64,000 nt of DNA from Octopus sinensis (lineage: Eukaryota): NCBI RefSeq assembly GCF_006345805.1, contig NC_042998.1, positions 100,068,001 through 100,132,000 of the forward strand, given 5' to 3'. Under the pieces are notes generated by a model. The model searched no databases and was not told the DNA's origin. It worked only from the letters and a program-made list of their open reading frames with translations. Below are positions 61,019 through 64,000 of the stretch, piece by piece (within the stretch, counting starts at the first letter, position 1; every line of letters begins with the position of its first letter). A program made the position numbers and the translations under genes.

Positions 61019-62879
61019 CAACATAAGCAACAAGGATATCCAGAGGTATATCCTCTGGACATCCTTGTTCTTTATTTTGATTTTAATCACCTTATTTTGA
61101 AATTGTATGTATAGTACCATACTAAATTCTGGTGCCTCAACTTAAGTACCATATTCATCTAAATTATATATATATAAAATAATGAAGTTAGCAATTTAAA
61201 ACCCAAAAGGAAAAAATTCTTCATCACTAAAAGTGACTAAGAGTGCAGGGCAGCATCAGCATTGCTACAAACAAGAATCAAAGACTTTAGCCACAAACAA
61301 GAATCAAAGACTTTAGCCACAAACAAAGCACAGTTCTATGTACTGACAAGGGAGACAACTTCCACACAGCATGTGAGGGCATCAAATTGGTGCACCAATT
61401 TCGCATGACACTAATGCTCATCAATGAAGCTACTCCATTGCTGGTTGTGAAGCTGAATTCCACTTTTCAGTAGTTATAGAATCTACTGTAGGAATCAATG
61501 GCTGAATCTGCAAAATGGTAATGTGAAAATTGTGTGTATGTTTGTCTTCCATCACCACTTGACACCAGTGGTTGGTTTGCTTACATCCTTGTAAGCAGTT
61601 CAACAAAAAAACCCTGGTAGAATAAGTACCAGGCTTTAAAAAGAAAGCACTGGTGTTGACTGGTTTGACTAAACCTTACAAGGCATTGTCCCTGCCTGGC
61701 TGCAGTCTATAATGACTGAAACAAGTAAAAGAAGAATAAAAGAAAATGTAGATGAGGTAATTAGTGTTAGATACAATTGTAGAGCGAGTGTAGTAAGTAA
61801 GCGTAGGTGCAATCCCATGGTCTGTGTCGTGACCGAAGGGGGTCTCAGATACATCATGTAAATAATATGATGCTGCATGACAGGGAAATGTGAGAGATCT
61901 GTAGAAGCTGGCGAGAAATGAGTTGTATATGATACAGTAGATGTGCCATATTCACTTAACAGTATATGCTGAAGAAGGAACTGTCGTGACTGGATGGCAC
62001 TTGTTAGATGAAAGAAATGTGGTTTATACTGTGGAAGGCACTCCTGGAAAAAGTTGAAGAAACAAGGCATGAAGTCATATCTGAGGATATTGGGCTTTAA
62101 TCTGGGTTTGATAGATGTAAATTCAGAAATCTAGGACTAAAACAAACTGTTAGTCTCAGCTTGTAAGAACGATTGTAAAAAGAAAGCTTTAAGTAAGAAT
62201 TTAACTAAGAAAATTGTGATTCATTAACCAGAAGTACTCATGTAGAACTTAGCAAAGATAAAGAATGAACCTTACTAGTTTAAGAAATTTTTATGTTTAA
62301 TACTACAATAAAAACAATACAGTTACTAAAAACTAGGAAGGATGAAAGAAAATGAAAAGCCTGCTTTATGAAATATGAAGGAAGGGTTTGAATACATTTG
62401 AAATAGAAGTAATAATAAGCATACCATGACTGAGAAGATTTACAAATTACTGATTTATTTATATTTGGGGTCCAGAGGAATGAACAAATGGAGGAGACAC
62501 TGGTAATCCATTTAGGAGAGTGGTTATTCTAAATTGCTAAAAAAATAACTAATACAAAGTGGCGCTGACTTTTTAGCTGTGCTGCATAGAATTCAGTGAA
62601 GTATTCTCCTATTAGCTTTTGAAGACCAATAGGATTTCATTTTAACATTATAAATAATGGTTTCTAATTTAAGCACAAGGCTAGCAATTTTGTAGAGAAA
62701 AGGATTTACACCATTGAGTTTTGTACATAACTTGCACTTTTATTTTATCAAGTTGACCTTGGCAGGAAATCACCTAAGAATAATAAAAAAACAAAAAATA
62801 AGGAAATTATCGTGTGTAGTGCTCAGGTGCCTTACAATTCATTCAAGGTGCATGTACAGTACATAGAATTATGTACAAA

Positions 62880-63420
62880 AGTCAGGAAAGTGAACAGTGT
62901 ATGAATCGTGATATATGTATGGAAGGGGTGTATATCATGTGTAGTGTTGATGAATTCAGGAAGCATGGAGGTTTTAAAGGATGCAATGTCTTGGCAACTA
63001 ACAACTGATGCAGGTAGTTTGTGTCATCCCTCAGCAACTCTGAGTGTGAAAAAATGTTTCCGAAAGTCATGGTAGCTGTACTGTTTTCTGACTTTGTAGG
63101 CATGCCCACATAGAGCTCAAAAAGGTGGTTGATCGCATGATGGTTAATAATTTTGTAGGTGTTTACCAAGTCAGTTGCCAGACTTTGGAGCTTCAATGTA
63201 CCTATGCCCAGGGAAGCAAGGCGTTCAGTGTATGGTAGATGCCTAATGGAGGGTATTTGCTTGGTTGTATATCTCTGAACAGTTTCCATGAGGTCAATGT
63301 CTTGAGCAGGATAGGGATTCCAGACTAGTGGTGCAAATTCCAATTGTGGCCACACCATAGCCATATACAGCCTTAAATAGATAGCTGGAATGTAAAGAAT
63401 CAGAAGAAACACCTCAATGT
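62880..63420 (-). mobile_element. 3' fragment of a CR1/L2-group LINE
   Basis: LYMAMVWPQLEFAPLVWNPY..DIDLMETVQR..LPYTERLASLG..DLVNTYKIIN. Confidence 0.85.
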
Positions 63421-64000
63421 ATCTTTACTTACTATCTAGAGATTCTGCTGAACCACCAGTCAATATTATTGTAAATAATAAAACTCATTACTTAACATGC
63501 TGTTCTCACTGGTTCCTGCTGTGGACTCTCTCTCTCTTTCTTCATGCTAGTGGGTTACAACTTGTTGGAAATGTCTGTTGATAGTAAAGTGAACTTGATG
63601 AAAGACATTACATAGGTCTATGACCTTTCTGCCTAGAGGCCAACAGCGTGTTGGTTAGATGTTCTCTTGCAAATTATATACTTGAAAAAATTTGTCCCTA
63701 CCTCTAGATTTGCAGAATTGTTAAAACAGATGCAAAATCTTAAAAATAATAATTTTCTATTGTTTTATCATTTCCATAAAAAAAGATTACCATAGTTACA
63801 TTGGTAAACAGTTAACAAAAGAGGTTTGTATTTCAAGTTCATTCTGATAGGTACACATCATTGAACTCTGAGAACAGAAGAGGTTGCTAATTAATCATTA
63901 ATGCCATTTTTTTCCAGACCAGTTACTATTCATTATTGGTGATTGTTAGTTATATTTCTTGACTTTAACTGGACTGATGATAATTTAAAGAAGAATTACT

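Noticed and set aside
58278-64000. Second ATE1 exon (MWAH..DRGWRRSG-type)
   Set aside because: No such sequence was found in any frame I could read; it is probably beyond the window.

Overview
AT-rich, repeat-dense animal genomic DNA, most likely an octopus or other coleoid cephalopod. This is inferred from the (GAT)n-tailed RTE family and the OK/OR2-type SINE families, not proven. Four spliced protein-coding genes were reconstructed by hand with GT-AG boundaries and consistent phases. TIMMDC1 lies on - (6 coding exons 18712->938, last exon uncertain). A PI-PLC X-domain gene (PLCXD-like) lies on + (2 exons, 20797-27648). BCKDHB lies on - (9 exons, 57665->31220, 374 aa). Only the first coding exon of ATE1 was found (+, 58187-58277). 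The genes form two head-to-head pairs (TIMMDC1/PLCXD and BCKDHB/ATE1), with PLCXD and BCKDHB converging. Introns are packed with mobile elements: a young 5'-truncated RTE LINE with about 730 open codons and a PHD-type finger inside the RT C-terminal region, about 25 copies of its 3' end, maT (DD37D) and mariner transposons, Tx1/L1, CRE, CR1, Penelope and BovB-like fragments, MITEs and several SINE families. The most unusual signal is a ~61-nt GC-rich module (GGTGRCACGTAAAAGCACC...GCCAG-loop-CTGGC) tandemly amplified to different copy numbers in the RTE 3' UTR at several loci. It has conserved stems, variable loops and base changes that restore pairing between neighbouring units, so it is a candidate structured RNA array that I cannot assign to a known ribozyme class. 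No CRISPR array, rRNA or genuine tRNA gene was seen.
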